DNA of 64,000 bases from a virus (IMGVR_UViG_3300033072_000420:4961-68960); one strand, 5' to 3'. Positions 37,319-47,258 are shown, numbered from the stretch's first letter. Notes: generated from the sequence alone by a model not told the origin. Program-made: numbers and translations.

Positions 37319-37764
37319 TTCGTATCTCCGGGGCCCTTGGTTGAGCTACCTGAGCCCATCAGTTTACTTCCTGCCTGCATCAGTGTGGAAATCGCAGGCA
37401 GAACCCACGGCCAGGAGGCCGAAAGCAGAAAAGCCAGTGGATATGGACTGTCGACAGACACACCCAACTTTGCAGCCAGGATGTGTGTTCCGTCCGGAGA
37501 CACAATGCCTGCCAGAAGCACGCTGATGACTCCGTTCGTGATCGCGTCAAGTCGTGAAGTAGCTTCCTTCTTCACGTAGACGATGGCTGCACCGACGCCA
37601 CCCATTGCCCAGACCCAAGGATCTGTTCCGATGAGTTGCGCCCAGTACGAGCCGACGAGTGTTGTAGAAACTGCCGCGACTTGCGCAGCATTCACAAAGC
37701 TGGCCTTCGAGAAGGCCAGGAATGCGAGAGGTTTGGATATACCCATGGTAGCCCTTGAGATCAT
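37315..37764 (-). CDS. Putative holin
   Basis: GGGGAG RBS before ATG 37764 (MISRATMG..., second Met at codon 7); several hydrophobic segments; first gene of the lysis cassette. Confidence 0.6.
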   Translation of the reverse strand: MISRATMGISKPLAFLAFSKASFVNAAQVAAVSTTLVGSYWAQLIGTDPWVWAMGGVGAAIVYVKKEATSRLDAITNGVISVLLAGIVSPDGTHILAAKLGVSVDSPYPLAFLLSASWPWVLPAISTLMQAGSKLMGSGSSTKGPGDTK

Positions 37765-37791
37765 GCTTACTCCCCATAGCAATTGAGTTTG

Positions 37792-37804
37792 CCATAAAAT
37801 TAAC
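37792..37804 (-). promoter_or_regulatory. Putative late promoter motif GTTAATTTTATGG upstream of the lysis cassette
   Basis: Intergenic; exact 13-mer shared with 47339-47351. Confidence 0.5.
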
Positions 37805-37822
37805 GGGCAACCACGGCACTGG

Positions 37823-38725
37823 CTATTGAAAGCTATCAGTGAAGAACGGATCGTCCTCGTCGTAGTCGTCCGGCAGTTCAACGTCTTCTGCACGGCACTT
37901 GTCTAGCAGGGCGTTGACTATTCTGCAAACATGCGGACGCGAACCCCCTTCAAGTGCGTTGGGTGAATCCGGGTTGTACTCGACGATATCCATTGAGTCA
38001 ACATACGGCAGGACTTCTATGCAGTCCAGGACTTGCTCGACAGTCAACCCTGACCACTCAGGCGTATTAACGTTCGGTACCAGACTTGGATCAAGGCAGT
38101 CCACATCGAAGCTGACGTGTATGTGCGTGTCTGGATGAAGTCGACGCACGAAGTCCACCAACTCGCCTATCTTCCCATCGTGCACGTCGCTGGCTCTCAC
38201 CACAGTGATGTCTTGGCGCAGTATGAAGCTGGCTTCTGCCTGATCAACTGACCGCACTCCGACCTGGATGACTTGGTACGGCTGAATGTTGTAGGGGAGC
38301 TTGGAAGGTCCGTGCCCCAGAAGCCAAGCCAGTGGAATCCCATGCATGTTTCCAGTCGGCGATGACTCTGGAGTGTTAGCGTCCGAATGAGCATCAAACC
38401 AAATCACCGCCAGCTTCTTCCGCCGTCCAGCCACCGCACTGATTGACCCAGCCGCCACCGAGTGATCTCCTGCAAAGACCACGGGCACAGTCCCCATGAG
38501 CAGGCTGTGATTCACTGCCTGATAAACCAGATCAACCCAGACGGAGACTGCTTGGTAGTTGTGAAGCCCACACCAGTCTTGACTGGTTGACTGCGGCCCA
38601 GTCAGTGTCTTCACAAGCGGAGCACGCTCATGGAGCTCATGCGCCAGCACGTACGGACCTAGCTCCGCTCCGCGAAAAGGAGCGCCCAGTGAGGTTGGGA
38701 CAACGATGAACTCAAAGGGTTTCAT
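37823..38725 (-). CDS. rocF: Arginase (ureohydrolase family)
   Basis: AGDHS, DAHSD, NTPESSPTGNMHG, RSVDQAE, SFDVDCLDP, VEYNP: all Mn ligands and arginase-type substrate residues present. Confidence 0.9.
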   Translation of the reverse strand: MKPFEFIVVPTSLGAPFRGAELGPYVLAHELHERAPLVKTLTGPQSTSQDWCGLHNYQAVSVWVDLVYQAVNHSLLMGTVPVVFAGDHSVAAGSISAVAGRRKKLAVIWFDAHSDANTPESSPTGNMHGIPLAWLLGHGPSKLPYNIQPYQVIQVGVRSVDQAEASFILRQDITVVRASDVHDGKIGELVDFVRRLHPDTHIHVSFDVDCLDPSLVPNVNTPEWSGLTVEQVLDCIEVLPYVDSMDIVEYNPDSPNALEGGSRPHVCRIVNALLDKCRAEDVELPDDYDEDDPFFTDSFQ

Positions 38726-38734
38726 GTTCTTACC

Positions 38735-39955
38735 TTAAATCAAACGACGTGCCTGCAGTTCATTGATCAACACGGAGAGCACACAGTAGAGAGGGCGAAC
38801 CATGTTCTCCAGATTACCGGCGTTATACGTGCTGCCAATGAAACCGGATATGAAGTTGACTGCGCAGATTGCGTCCCAGTCAAGTGTGACGTTGTCCGCG
38901 AAAGTCTTGGCGTTTGTGCCTCCGTAGTTGTAGATGTTGTAAGACGTAGACCAAGTCGTTCCCAGAAACTTCGATGCACCTCTCAACATCGCGAAGTTGT
39001 TGATGTACAGATAGTTGCTGGTCGTGGTTGTGCCACTGAAGATGGTGTTTCCTGTGAAGGTCTTGTTGCCACCTACCGACTGATTAGTCGACAGGTCCAC
39101 ATACGAACCGGACGTGGAAGAGCCAAGCCACGAGGGACTCTCAGTTGCTGGAGCCTCAACGAAAGGTTTCCAGACGATGCTCACGTTGGAGAAGGTGAGC
39201 GACCATGCAGGTGCCGAACCGTTTGCAAACACATGACCAGCGTACAGACCAGAAGTCTCTCGGCTGATGTAGTTCGTAGGATCGTACACGTCTCCAGTGT
39301 CGCGCTCCAGTTCGTAGGTCGTTAGGCCATACGTCGTGGTCAGTCGCCACAGACGATACCGAATGTAGTATTTGCTGTTTGGTGCTACAGTAGAGGTGAT
39401 GCAGGCTCGGTACGTTACACCGTCGACGAGGGGCTTGGACGTATAACCGTCAGATGTTGGGGGCAGGTAGTTGCCGGTCGCGAAACCGTTGAACCAACTC
39501 TCGATCTGAGTAGTCGGGTAGTGAGTGGCACCGCCGGACGTGTTGCCGTTCACGTTACCGAAGATCATCCCTTGACCGTACACCGCAGTCGTCATGACCG
39601 ATGTGTCGGCTCTGGTAACCACAGCCATGTGACCATTAGGGTTGTTGGCGAAGTACCCACTGCTCACGAGGTCGAACCATGTCTCCATGATCCCAGTACC
39701 TACGTTGAATCCACCTGTCGGGTACGCCCCAGTCGCGGCCATCGTCACACGGGGAGTCGAGTTGTTGAGGACGAACGTCCCCGTGATGTTGGTGACCACT
39801 GGGGCAGTCGTGGTACTGGTGGCCGACAGAGTGGTTCCACTCAGTGAAAGACCTGACCCGATGTTTAGGGGTGTGAACGATCCGCCCCCAGATGCGTACA
39901 CGACACCATTTACGGAGGTCGGTAGCGTGGAGAAATTGCGAACGACTGAAGACAT
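38735..39955 (-). CDS. Fibre/adhesin-like protein, paralog group II
   Basis: Shared N-terminus with 40329 and 41543 genes; C-terminal domain shared with 41543 gene. Confidence 0.7.
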   Translation of the reverse strand: MSSVVRNFSTLPTSVNGVVYASGGGSFTPLNIGSGLSLSGTTLSATSTTTAPVVTNITGTFVLNNSTPRVTMAATGAYPTGGFNVGTGIMETWFDLVSSGYFANNPNGHMAVVTRADTSVMTTAVYGQGMIFGNVNGNTSGGATHYPTTQIESWFNGFATGNYLPPTSDGYTSKPLVDGVTYRACITSTVAPNSKYYIRYRLWRLTTTYGLTTYELERDTGDVYDPTNYISRETSGLYAGHVFANGSAPAWSLTFSNVSIVWKPFVEAPATESPSWLGSSTSGSYVDLSTNQSVGGNKTFTGNTIFSGTTTTSNYLYINNFAMLRGASKFLGTTWSTSYNIYNYGGTNAKTFADNVTLDWDAICAVNFISGFIGSTYNAGNLENMVRPLYCVLSVLINELQARRLI

Positions 39956-39957
39956 CT

Positions 39958-40329
39958 TTATCCTTCTACCAAGATCACATCCACGAGGGGCATGAGTTCA
40001 GAGGGGCGCAGCGAAGCGTCCGCAGTGAAGAGTTCCTCGAACGTGAATTTAGGGATCACTGTGTTGAGCTCAGCTTCCTGAAGCTGCTTGATGACCTCGG
40101 TGCACTCGTCCTTTGCCGATTCGGTGTCGAACACGAACTGGTTGGAATTCTGCTCCAGCCGACCGAAACGCTGGCATGCGGCCATGCGCATTTCTTCGTA
40201 GGTATCGAGCTCGTCCTTGAGACGTTTGAACATGACTGCCAGCTTGTAGCCTGCGAGTGGCTTGACTTGCGGGCTGTTCATCAGGATCTGCAGAGCGGGG
40301 AGGGATGGGAGGAGGTCTTTGATTTTCAT
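39958..40329 (-). CDS. Small fibre-associated chaperone-like protein
   Basis: Coupled between two fibre genes; helical, acidic C-half. Confidence 0.6.
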   Translation of the reverse strand: MKIKDLLPSLPALQILMNSPQVKPLAGYKLAVMFKRLKDELDTYEEMRMAACQRFGRLEQNSNQFVFDTESAKDECTEVIKQLQEAELNTVIPKFTFEELFTADASLRPSELMPLVDVILVEG

Positions 40330-41495
40330 TATAGAGCGATCAGATAGTTGCGAACACCGTCGTTGTACAGAGTCACTTGGCGAAGGGTGCCCCCAAGCTT
40401 CATGTACAGAGGATTGGTTGCGTCCGAGGTGACTGTGATACCGAGATTGCCACCAGCAAACAGGTTGATCTGTGCACTGGATCCGTTGATTAGGGAAGAT
40501 CCCCAGGTGATGGCACGCCCACTGCTGAAGTTGATGTTCCCGTTCTTGTCGATGGCCATCAGGGTGGACAGGCTACCGGACATTAGGTTGAGGAAGTTGT
40601 TGACTAGGCCGTTGTTGATGGCGCTGAGTCCATCATAGAAAGCTCCAGTACCGTCGCCACTGGTGATCGAGACCCCGGCTGTTCCGTATCCACCAAAGCA
40701 ATCCACGTGAACCCCATACTTCGAGGTCGGGGTGTTGTAGTTCGGCTGGTTGCTTCCACCGTAGTTATAGAGCTCGAATTCGGCAACACAGCATATACCA
40801 TCCTGCACTGACCCAGTGTTCCCTGAACCATCGAAGGTGACACCTCCGTGGTAGGCCCACATACGAGCCTGAGTGTTGCCGTTCCCAACGTGGGCCCAGG
40901 CTTCAACCGCAACGGAGTCGCGGAGGATTGAAGTCCCCGTAGACGGGTCGTTGCAGATGATGTCGAAGTACCCAGCCATCTTCTCGTAACTCGCCGGCGA
41001 TGCAGTAGCGTTGACCGTTGCACCCACAAACAGAGTCGCTTGGTTGGCAGATCCTGCTGTGCTGTTACCCGCCAGCGTCAACGTCTTGTTGATGTTGAAC
41101 CCGCTCACACCGGCAGGTGACATGCTGCCATCGGCTGCCGTCGTGTTGTCGGTTATGAAGAAGTTCGCGCTGTTCGAGATAGTGAACGTGTTGATACCGG
41201 TCCAGGTGTTGTTGGCGGTCAGCAGATTGGAAGAAGATCCAGTAGCTGACAGGATACCCCCTGAAAAGGTGAGCCCTGAACCGACCGTCACATTTGAGAA
41301 ACCCCCGAGGCCGTTGCCAGCCAGGATGGATGTACCCGAAGTCCCGCCAGTTCCTGTCACCGACAGGGTGTTACCTAGGAGCGACAGGCCACTTCCTATC
41401 ACGACTGTACCGAAGGCCCCGTTCCCCGTGCTGATCGGTATGCCCGTTACTTTGTTTGGTAGCGTGAACGCTACTCCGCTGACCACTGATGTCAT
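40329..41495 (-). CDS. Fibre/adhesin-like protein, paralog group II
   Basis: GNG.GGF.NVTVGSGL.FSGG.L module twice; beta-helix-like body. Confidence 0.72.
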   Translation of the reverse strand: MTSVVSGVAFTLPNKVTGIPISTGNGAFGTVVIGSGLSLLGNTLSVTGTGGTSGTSILAGNGLGGFSNVTVGSGLTFSGGILSATGSSSNLLTANNTWTGINTFTISNSANFFITDNTTAADGSMSPAGVSGFNINKTLTLAGNSTAGSANQATLFVGATVNATASPASYEKMAGYFDIICNDPSTGTSILRDSVAVEAWAHVGNGNTQARMWAYHGGVTFDGSGNTGSVQDGICCVAEFELYNYGGSNQPNYNTPTSKYGVHVDCFGGYGTAGVSITSGDGTGAFYDGLSAINNGLVNNFLNLMSGSLSTLMAIDKNGNINFSSGRAITWGSSLINGSSAQINLFAGGNLGITVTSDATNPLYMKLGGTLRQVTLYNDGVRNYLIAL

Positions 41496-41542
41496 GCTGT
41501 TTCCTTATCGTTCGTTGCCTAGGCCACCCAAGACAAATTCAC

Positions 41543-43015
41543 TCAGTAGATTCCTCGTGCGAGCAATAGGGCTTGCATCTCCGAGACCACACAGTAGAGA
41601 GGCCTGAGTACGTTCTCGATGTTGGTAGCGCTGTAGGAACCTCCAAGGAAACCTGAAATGAAGTTGACTTGGCAGATGTTGTCCCAGGCCAGGGTCGTGT
41701 TATCGGTGAATGCTTTTGCGTTACCCCCACCCCATCCGTAGATGTTGCCGAAGGTTCCACTTGGAGTCCCTATGACTGTGCTGCTCAAAGTAGTCGCCAG
41801 CCCTGAGAACGTTTTGACCCCGCTTATAGACTGGTTGCTCGTCAGATCCACGTAGCTTCCGCCACCACCTGAAGAGTTCATCTGGACATCGAGGCCCGAG
41901 TAGAGGTTGATGTACCCACGTCGGGTGCCACCGTTCCAGAACTCGATGTAACCAGCGGACTGGTTCCACTTTGTCACGATCTGCGCGGTGGCTTCCCAGC
42001 CCAGTCCTTGCGCCGCACCTAGCTGGATGGCGTTACCTGTGAAAGTGCCACCCGTCGTGTCGATGCCTGTCGTGTTGGATCCAGTGAACTTGATACCAAC
42101 GGTTCCTGAGTTATTCACAACAATCCCAGCGTTAGTACCGCTGTTCAGCACCAAGCCGTTACGGAACCATCCACTTGAAGCGTTACCGTTCATGGAACCT
42201 ACACGGATACCAGCGTAGGCTTCACCGCCGCTGATGCCCGGGCCAAGATTGCGAATGGCCTGTGCGTTGCCGACGACGATGTCTATACCGATACGCGATT
42301 GGACAGTGTCGGTCCCATTACACCAGACGTCGACCTCGAAGCCGACAGAACCTCCGTCACCAGAGACCGCGTTGGCATTGGTGAGATCGCACAGCTCAGC
42401 GACTGCTGCCCAGGCGGCACCATTGGCATGTTTGTTCTGCTGCAGATAGCCGGCGACATTCTCGCTCCCGGTACTACGCGGGTTGTACGAGTGCATGCGG
42501 GAAATGAATCCCCAGTCGTACGTCGTGTTTGTTGACTGAGTTGTGACATCCAGCCACAGAGCAGCACTGATGCCACTACCACTAGAACCGAAGGTATTGT
42601 TCTTGGTGATGTGAACACAACTAGATTCCCCCGAGGCGGAGGACATGCTGTAAGAGAGGTTGGCGGGTATCGAGGAAGTCAGCGCTGTCGTGACGTCTAC
42701 CTGAAGCAAGCTCACGGCGCCAGTTCGTCCGTTAAACGAGCTGACCCCCGAAGCCCCAGAAGACGAGAGCACGCCCCCGGAAAAACTTAGGCCCGATCCT
42801 ATGGTGACGTTAGCGAATCCACCAGATCCGTTACCAGCCAGGATGGAAGTCCCTGTTGTGGAACCACTGCCACCCGTAGAAGTGAGAGTGGTTCCCGTCA
42901 AGGTCAATCCGCTACCGATAGTCAGATTCCCAAACTTGCCGTTCCCGATGCTTACAGGGATACCCGTGACCGCTGAGGGGGTTGCTGAGAACCCCCGTAC
43001 GATTGAGTCTGCCAT
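41543..43015 (-). CDS. Fibre/adhesin-like protein, paralog group II
   Basis: Same N-terminal modules; GVSSFNGRTGAV linker; C-domain shared with 38735 gene. Confidence 0.72.
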   Translation of the reverse strand: MADSIVRGFSATPSAVTGIPVSIGNGKFGNLTIGSGLTLTGTTLTSTGGSGSTTGTSILAGNGSGGFANVTIGSGLSFSGGVLSSSGASGVSSFNGRTGAVSLLQVDVTTALTSSIPANLSYSMSSASGESSCVHITKNNTFGSSGSGISAALWLDVTTQSTNTTYDWGFISRMHSYNPRSTGSENVAGYLQQNKHANGAAWAAVAELCDLTNANAVSGDGGSVGFEVDVWCNGTDTVQSRIGIDIVVGNAQAIRNLGPGISGGEAYAGIRVGSMNGNASSGWFRNGLVLNSGTNAGIVVNNSGTVGIKFTGSNTTGIDTTGGTFTGNAIQLGAAQGLGWEATAQIVTKWNQSAGYIEFWNGGTRRGYINLYSGLDVQMNSSGGGGSYVDLTSNQSISGVKTFSGLATTLSSTVIGTPSGTFGNIYGWGGGNAKAFTDNTTLAWDNICQVNFISGFLGGSYSATNIENVLRPLYCVVSEMQALLLARGIY

Positions 43016-43221
43016 TATTCCCCCTTCTTCGCAGGTTGCTTAGCCATCTCGATCAGCTGCTGACGCTGAGCAGTCAGCTGGGATTCCAGGGCGTCTATGA
43101 TTTGCACAACCTCGTCGAACGGAAGTCGGCCGAGGGCTCCCCGGATAGTGGGGAGCCACGCGGCCTTGACCTGCAGCTGGAAGAGATGTTCTGGGTGGAC
43201 TGTTATGTTCTCTTGTGCCAT
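43015..43221 (-). CDS. Small fibre-associated helical protein
   Basis: GAAGGA RBS, ATG 43221 (MAQENIT...); LGRLPFDEV..II..L..Q motif. Confidence 0.65.
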   Translation of the reverse strand: MAQENITVHPEHLFQLQVKAAWLPTIRGALGRLPFDEVVQIIDALESQLTAQRQQLIEMAKQPAKKGE

Positions 43222-43247
43222 TGCTTTCCTTCTTTCGCTGCGTCGGC

Positions 43248-46200
43248 TTAGTAGCCCTCGGAGAACCACCAGACGGTGGTCGTGTTGCCGCTAGCGTTGT
43301 AGAGTGCAACTCCGGTAAGCGACGGGGAGATCGCTACCGAAACTGCGTTCGTGGCGGTTGGTGTGATGCCAGCCGATATCACGGAAGTCGTGTACGACTT
43401 CGGGAAGGTAATGATCACGTTCCCGCCCGCGTTCACAGTTGCCGAACCGCTATACCGGATGCGACCGTCGTGGTAGCGAATCTGGTTGTAGTTCGTGTTG
43501 ACTGCGAAAGCTGACCGTTGGCCCAGAGGTGCGTGAGTTGCGCTCCACCAGCAAGTGGATCCAGTTCCGATGGTGGGTTCCCCAGATCCGTTATCCAGAT
43601 CGTATGAGAGGAAGTTGTTGTTCACTGCAGGATAAGCGTCAGCTTCAGTCCCGCGAGAGTACAGACCACCGTTACCAAGAGCCATCTGCAGGAACAGGTT
43701 TGTCCGGCATGTGTAGTTCACATTGGAAGAACCACACAGGATCATGCCGTAGGCTGTAGACCCAGGCATCCGGAACAGACGCATCCCGTAGAAGAGGTTC
43801 GTGTCGATGTCGTACAGAACCACCGCCGGATTGTAGTAGTTACCAGACACCTCATGGATTCGGTTCATGGAGAAATTACCGTGAACCAAGCCTGAACCAG
43901 CGTTACCGTCGCAGATCAGGAATGCCCCCGTTGAGGAAGTTGTCTGGTAGCCGTTAATCCAGATGTCGTTCTCCTGGCAATCGCTGTACTCGGCGACAGT
44001 GTTGCTGCAACCGAAGTAGACGATAGTTGTGGAGAAGTTGGAACCTGCCAACTTGTAGAACGACTCCGAGCATGAATAGATCGAGAGACCTGTTCCCGCC
44101 ATGTTGGTGCCCTGCCCCTGCAGGTACACCTCTTGGAAGTTACAGCCTCGCAGGGTGGAGGTACCCGACGGATTGATCATGAACATGGTTCCGCCTGCAG
44201 CACCACCCCATTTGACAATGGTTGGTGCGCGTCGGGCGCTTGTGTCATGTTCACCACCCCGGCTCACACCAAGGATGCTAACCCCAATCGTTTGGATCAA
44301 GATGGTGCTAGAGATCACTGTGGTTCCAGACGGGAATCGCAAGATCCCCCCGTTCTGGGTACCGAGCCAGTTGATAGCTGCCTGGATAGCTGTAGTGTCG
44401 TCGGTTGTACCGTCGAACTTCGCGCCGAACACCTTCGCCGAGATCTCACCCTGGAATGCATCGTAGCACCAGCGTCCTCCGTCGCTTGCGACGATGATGG
44501 TGCCCCCGTTGTCAGCCGACGAGGTGTCACTTGCCACGTACACGTAGACCCCACCACCGCCATCACCTGCAGCATAGTAACCAGCGACAACGGCGGAAGA
44601 ATAGGTTGAGCGGGAAACTGAGCGCAGGGCAGAGATCGAGCTCACAGTAGCCAACGAGCCAGAACCACCGCCACCACCTGACGGAGTCGACCACCCGAAA
44701 CTGGAGCCATTCCAGCCCAGGTAGGTCCCCGATGTTGTCGGTGCGGTGATGTAGCCAGTCGTGCCGGTCGCGGTTTGATACACGACCGTGTTGGTGTTGC
44801 CCCCAGAAAGAGAAACAGCCGATGCGATGACTGTGGTACTGGTGTTGGTGGAGAACGCAACGATTTCAACCACGTCGTTGAGGTTCGTGCTGGTCGCCAG
44901 AACAATCGAGCTTCCACTGGTTGCAGTGTAGTCCGATGCTGGAATCAAGAACCCGTTGACGAACACCTGAACGTAGCCAACTGTGTAAGACGCGATGAAC
45001 GTAGTCTGACCAGCAGTGGCTGTGTAGGTAGAACGGATATAGGTAGCAGTCGATCCACCACCGCCGCCACTGGCACTCAGGGTTCCGCCTGAGTAGGTGA
45101 GGCCGGAGCCGATGGTCACGGCTGAGAAGCCACCAGCACCGTTACCGGCAAGCAGGGTGCTTCCTGATGTAGGGGGTGCGTAGTCAGTTCCAGAAGTAGC
45201 GGCCACCAGTGCACCACCCGAACCCTTCAGGATACCTGAAGCAGTCGTGGAAAGTGTAATCGCCGGGGTCGTCGTAGCGTTGATTACCGAACCGGCGAAT
45301 CCGTTAGCCGAAGAGACCGACACCGAGGTTACGGAGCCGGAACCAGAGCCACCAGTGGACGAGAGGGTGCCACCAGAGAAGCTGAGCCCGCTTCCAACAG
45401 TGACGTTTACGAAACCACCCGAACCGTTGTTTGCCAGCAGTTGAGAAGAAGTCCCCGAAGGTGCAGCAGCATAATCAGTTCCAGCTGTGGCTGCAACAAA
45501 GCCCGTCCCGTTGGCCTTGACCATACCTGACAACGAAGTGCCGATACGGAGGGTCGGAGTTGTCGAGGCAGTAGTCACAGTGCCGGTCAGGCCGTTTGCA
45601 TTGGTGAACGCAAACGAAGTGACGGTGCCACTGCCTGAGCTTGGGACATAGCCGAGCGCATTCGTAACGTCCAGGCTAGTGAGCACCACAGTGCCAGAAC
45701 GTGAGTTGAACGAGGAGACTCCAGAGCCACCGGCATTTCCCCACACGGGTGTGAAGCCGGGACCAGCAGAAGTCAGCACCTGACCTGCAGTTCCTGCAGA
45801 ACCATTCAGGAGCAGAGGAGCTGACCCGGTGCTCAAGTTGAGGGAGCCAGCCACGCTCAGGCTGGTCAACGTCCCGACTGACGTGATTGCGGGTTGCGCA
45901 GCGGCTGTCACTGAAGCGGCAGTACCAGTTGTGTTCTGGTTCAGAATTGGGATGTCCATCGCTTGGATGTAGGACATCGTCACGTTGGTGCCGTTTCCTC
46001 GCAGGTACTGACTCATGGTCACTGCACCTGCCAAGCTGTTCATCGATGCCTGAAGAGTGGTTTGCCCAGTTCCGCCGTTGGCGACAGGCAGGACACCCAC
46101 GACACCAGAGCTCAGAGGCAGTGCAGTCGCGTTGGTCAGAACCAAGGCAGAAGGGGTTCCTAGGTTTGGAGTCACCAGGGTCGGCGAGTTCGCGTGAACA

Positions 46201-47258
46201 GTCGACCCAGTTCCGGTCGCAGTCGTTGTGCCAGTTCCGCCCTGTGCAATTGACAAGGGAGTCGTCAAACCTGCCAACGAAGTGATGTCACTGTTAGCAC
46301 CGGATGCGGCTGCACCAAGATTTGACGCCGTGAGAACGACAGTACCTGTTTGTCCGTTCACCGACAACACAGATGCAGTGAGGTTGGCTGCAATACGAGA
46401 CCACACTGAGTTACCGAAGATAGCAACGTCGCCGACACTCCAGGAGCTGATACCATTCAGGTTCGTCGTACCTGCAACCGACACCACGTAATACTGACCT
46501 GTAGAGCCGGTCGAGCTCACCAGAGTCGGAGTGTTTGTTGAAGCGTTCCACGTACCGAGATACGACAAAGCTCCAACGATGGACGCCGGAAGCTGCGACG
46601 TGGGAACTTGCCCCGAAGAGTTCAGGGTTGCCACCCCGTTGGCCGTTCCGAGAGCCGACGGCGAAACGTAGTCAGTTCCGGCTACGGCTGCCGTGAACGC
46701 AGAACCACCGTTACCCTTGACCAATCCAGTCAAGGTGCTGGCACCAGTGCCGCCTGACGAAACCGGCAGGACACCGGCAACACCAGTCGTCAGCGGGAGG
46801 CCTGTCGCGTTGGTCAGCACGGCGGAGGCCGGTGTACCGAGGTTCGGTGCAGTCAGGGTCGCACCGTTTGCAAGCACGAGCGCACCAGTGCCTGTCGTGC
46901 TGTTGATCGTTGATCCCCCGACCACCAGATTAGTGGCGTTGACGGTAGTACCGGTCACAGAGGTTGCGGTCAAAGAGGTGAACGCACCGGTCGTCGGTGA
47001 TGTGTTACCGATCTGAGTACCGTTGATCGTACCGCCGGTGATGTGAACGGAGGCAGCGTTGAATGAACCAGCAGTTGCGGCAACGGAAGCCAACAACTGA
47101 ACAACGCCCGAGGCGTCCTTGAAATAGAGCTTGCCGTCAGCGGCGTTCAGCGCCATTTCGACGCCGGATGAGTTTGTAGACAGATTTGCAGCAGACGGAA
47201 CCGCACCAGCGGTCAAGCTGCCGTACATCTGGATTGTTTCGTACCCTGAAGCGGCCAT
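43248..47258 (-). CDS. Long tail fibre/tailspike with C-terminal pectate-lyase-3-like beta-helix (putative depolymerase)
   Basis: Mtd_N-like GVEMALNAADGKLYFKD N-domain; LPV..GGTG repeats; GYYAAGDGGGG..DNGG..GRW; FGAKFDGTTDDTTAIQAAI. Confidence 0.82.
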   Translation of the reverse strand: MAASGYETIQMYGSLTAGAVPSAANLSTNSSGVEMALNAADGKLYFKDASGVVQLLASVAATAGSFNAASVHITGGTINGTQIGNTSPTTGAFTSLTATSVTGTTVNATNLVVGGSTINSTTGTGALVLANGATLTAPNLGTPASAVLTNATGLPLTTGVAGVLPVSSGGTGASTLTGLVKGNGGSAFTAAVAGTDYVSPSALGTANGVATLNSSGQVPTSQLPASIVGALSYLGTWNASTNTPTLVSSTGSTGQYYVVSVAGTTNLNGISSWSVGDVAIFGNSVWSRIAANLTASVLSVNGQTGTVVLTASNLGAAASGANSDITSLAGLTTPLSIAQGGTGTTTATGTGSTVHANSPTLVTPNLGTPSALVLTNATALPLSSGVVGVLPVANGGTGQTTLQASMNSLAGAVTMSQYLRGNGTNVTMSYIQAMDIPILNQNTTGTAASVTAAAQPAITSVGTLTSLSVAGSLNLSTGSAPLLLNGSAGTAGQVLTSAGPGFTPVWGNAGGSGVSSFNSRSGTVVLTSLDVTNALGYVPSSGSGTVTSFAFTNANGLTGTVTTASTTPTLRIGTSLSGMVKANGTGFVAATAGTDYAAAPSGTSSQLLANNGSGGFVNVTVGSGLSFSGGTLSSTGGSGSGSVTSVSVSSANGFAGSVINATTTPAITLSTTASGILKGSGGALVAATSGTDYAPPTSGSTLLAGNGAGGFSAVTIGSGLTYSGGTLSASGGGGGSTATYIRSTYTATAGQTTFIASYTVGYVQVFVNGFLIPASDYTATSGSSIVLATSTNLNDVVEIVAFSTNTSTTVIASAVSLSGGNTNTVVYQTATGTTGYITAPTTSGTYLGWNGSSFGWSTPSGGGGGSGSLATVSSISALRSVSRSTYSSAVVAGYYAAGDGGGGVYVYVASDTSSADNGGTIIVASDGGRWCYDAFQGEISAKVFGAKFDGTTDDTTAIQAAINWLGTQNGGILRFPSGTTVISSTILIQTIGVSILGVSRGGEHDTSARRAPTIVKWGGAAGGTMFMINPSGTSTLRGCNFQEVYLQGQGTNMAGTGLSIYSCSESFYKLAGSNFSTTIVYFGCSNTVAEYSDCQENDIWINGYQTTSSTGAFLICDGNAGSGLVHGNFSMNRIHEVSGNYYNPAVVLYDIDTNLFYGMRLFRMPGSTAYGMILCGSSNVNYTCRTNLFLQMALGNGGLYSRGTEADAYPAVNNNFLSYDLDNGSGEPTIGTGSTCWWSATHAPLGQRSAFAVNTNYNQIRYHDGRIRYSGSATVNAGGNVIITFPKSYTTSVISAGITPTATNAVSVAISPSLTGVALYNASGNTTTVWWFSEGY

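Noticed and set aside
37823-38725. Alternative call as agmatinase or histone-deacetylase-like enzyme
   Set aside because: The SPTGNMHG and RSVDxxE segments are arginase-type; kept as arginase pending assay
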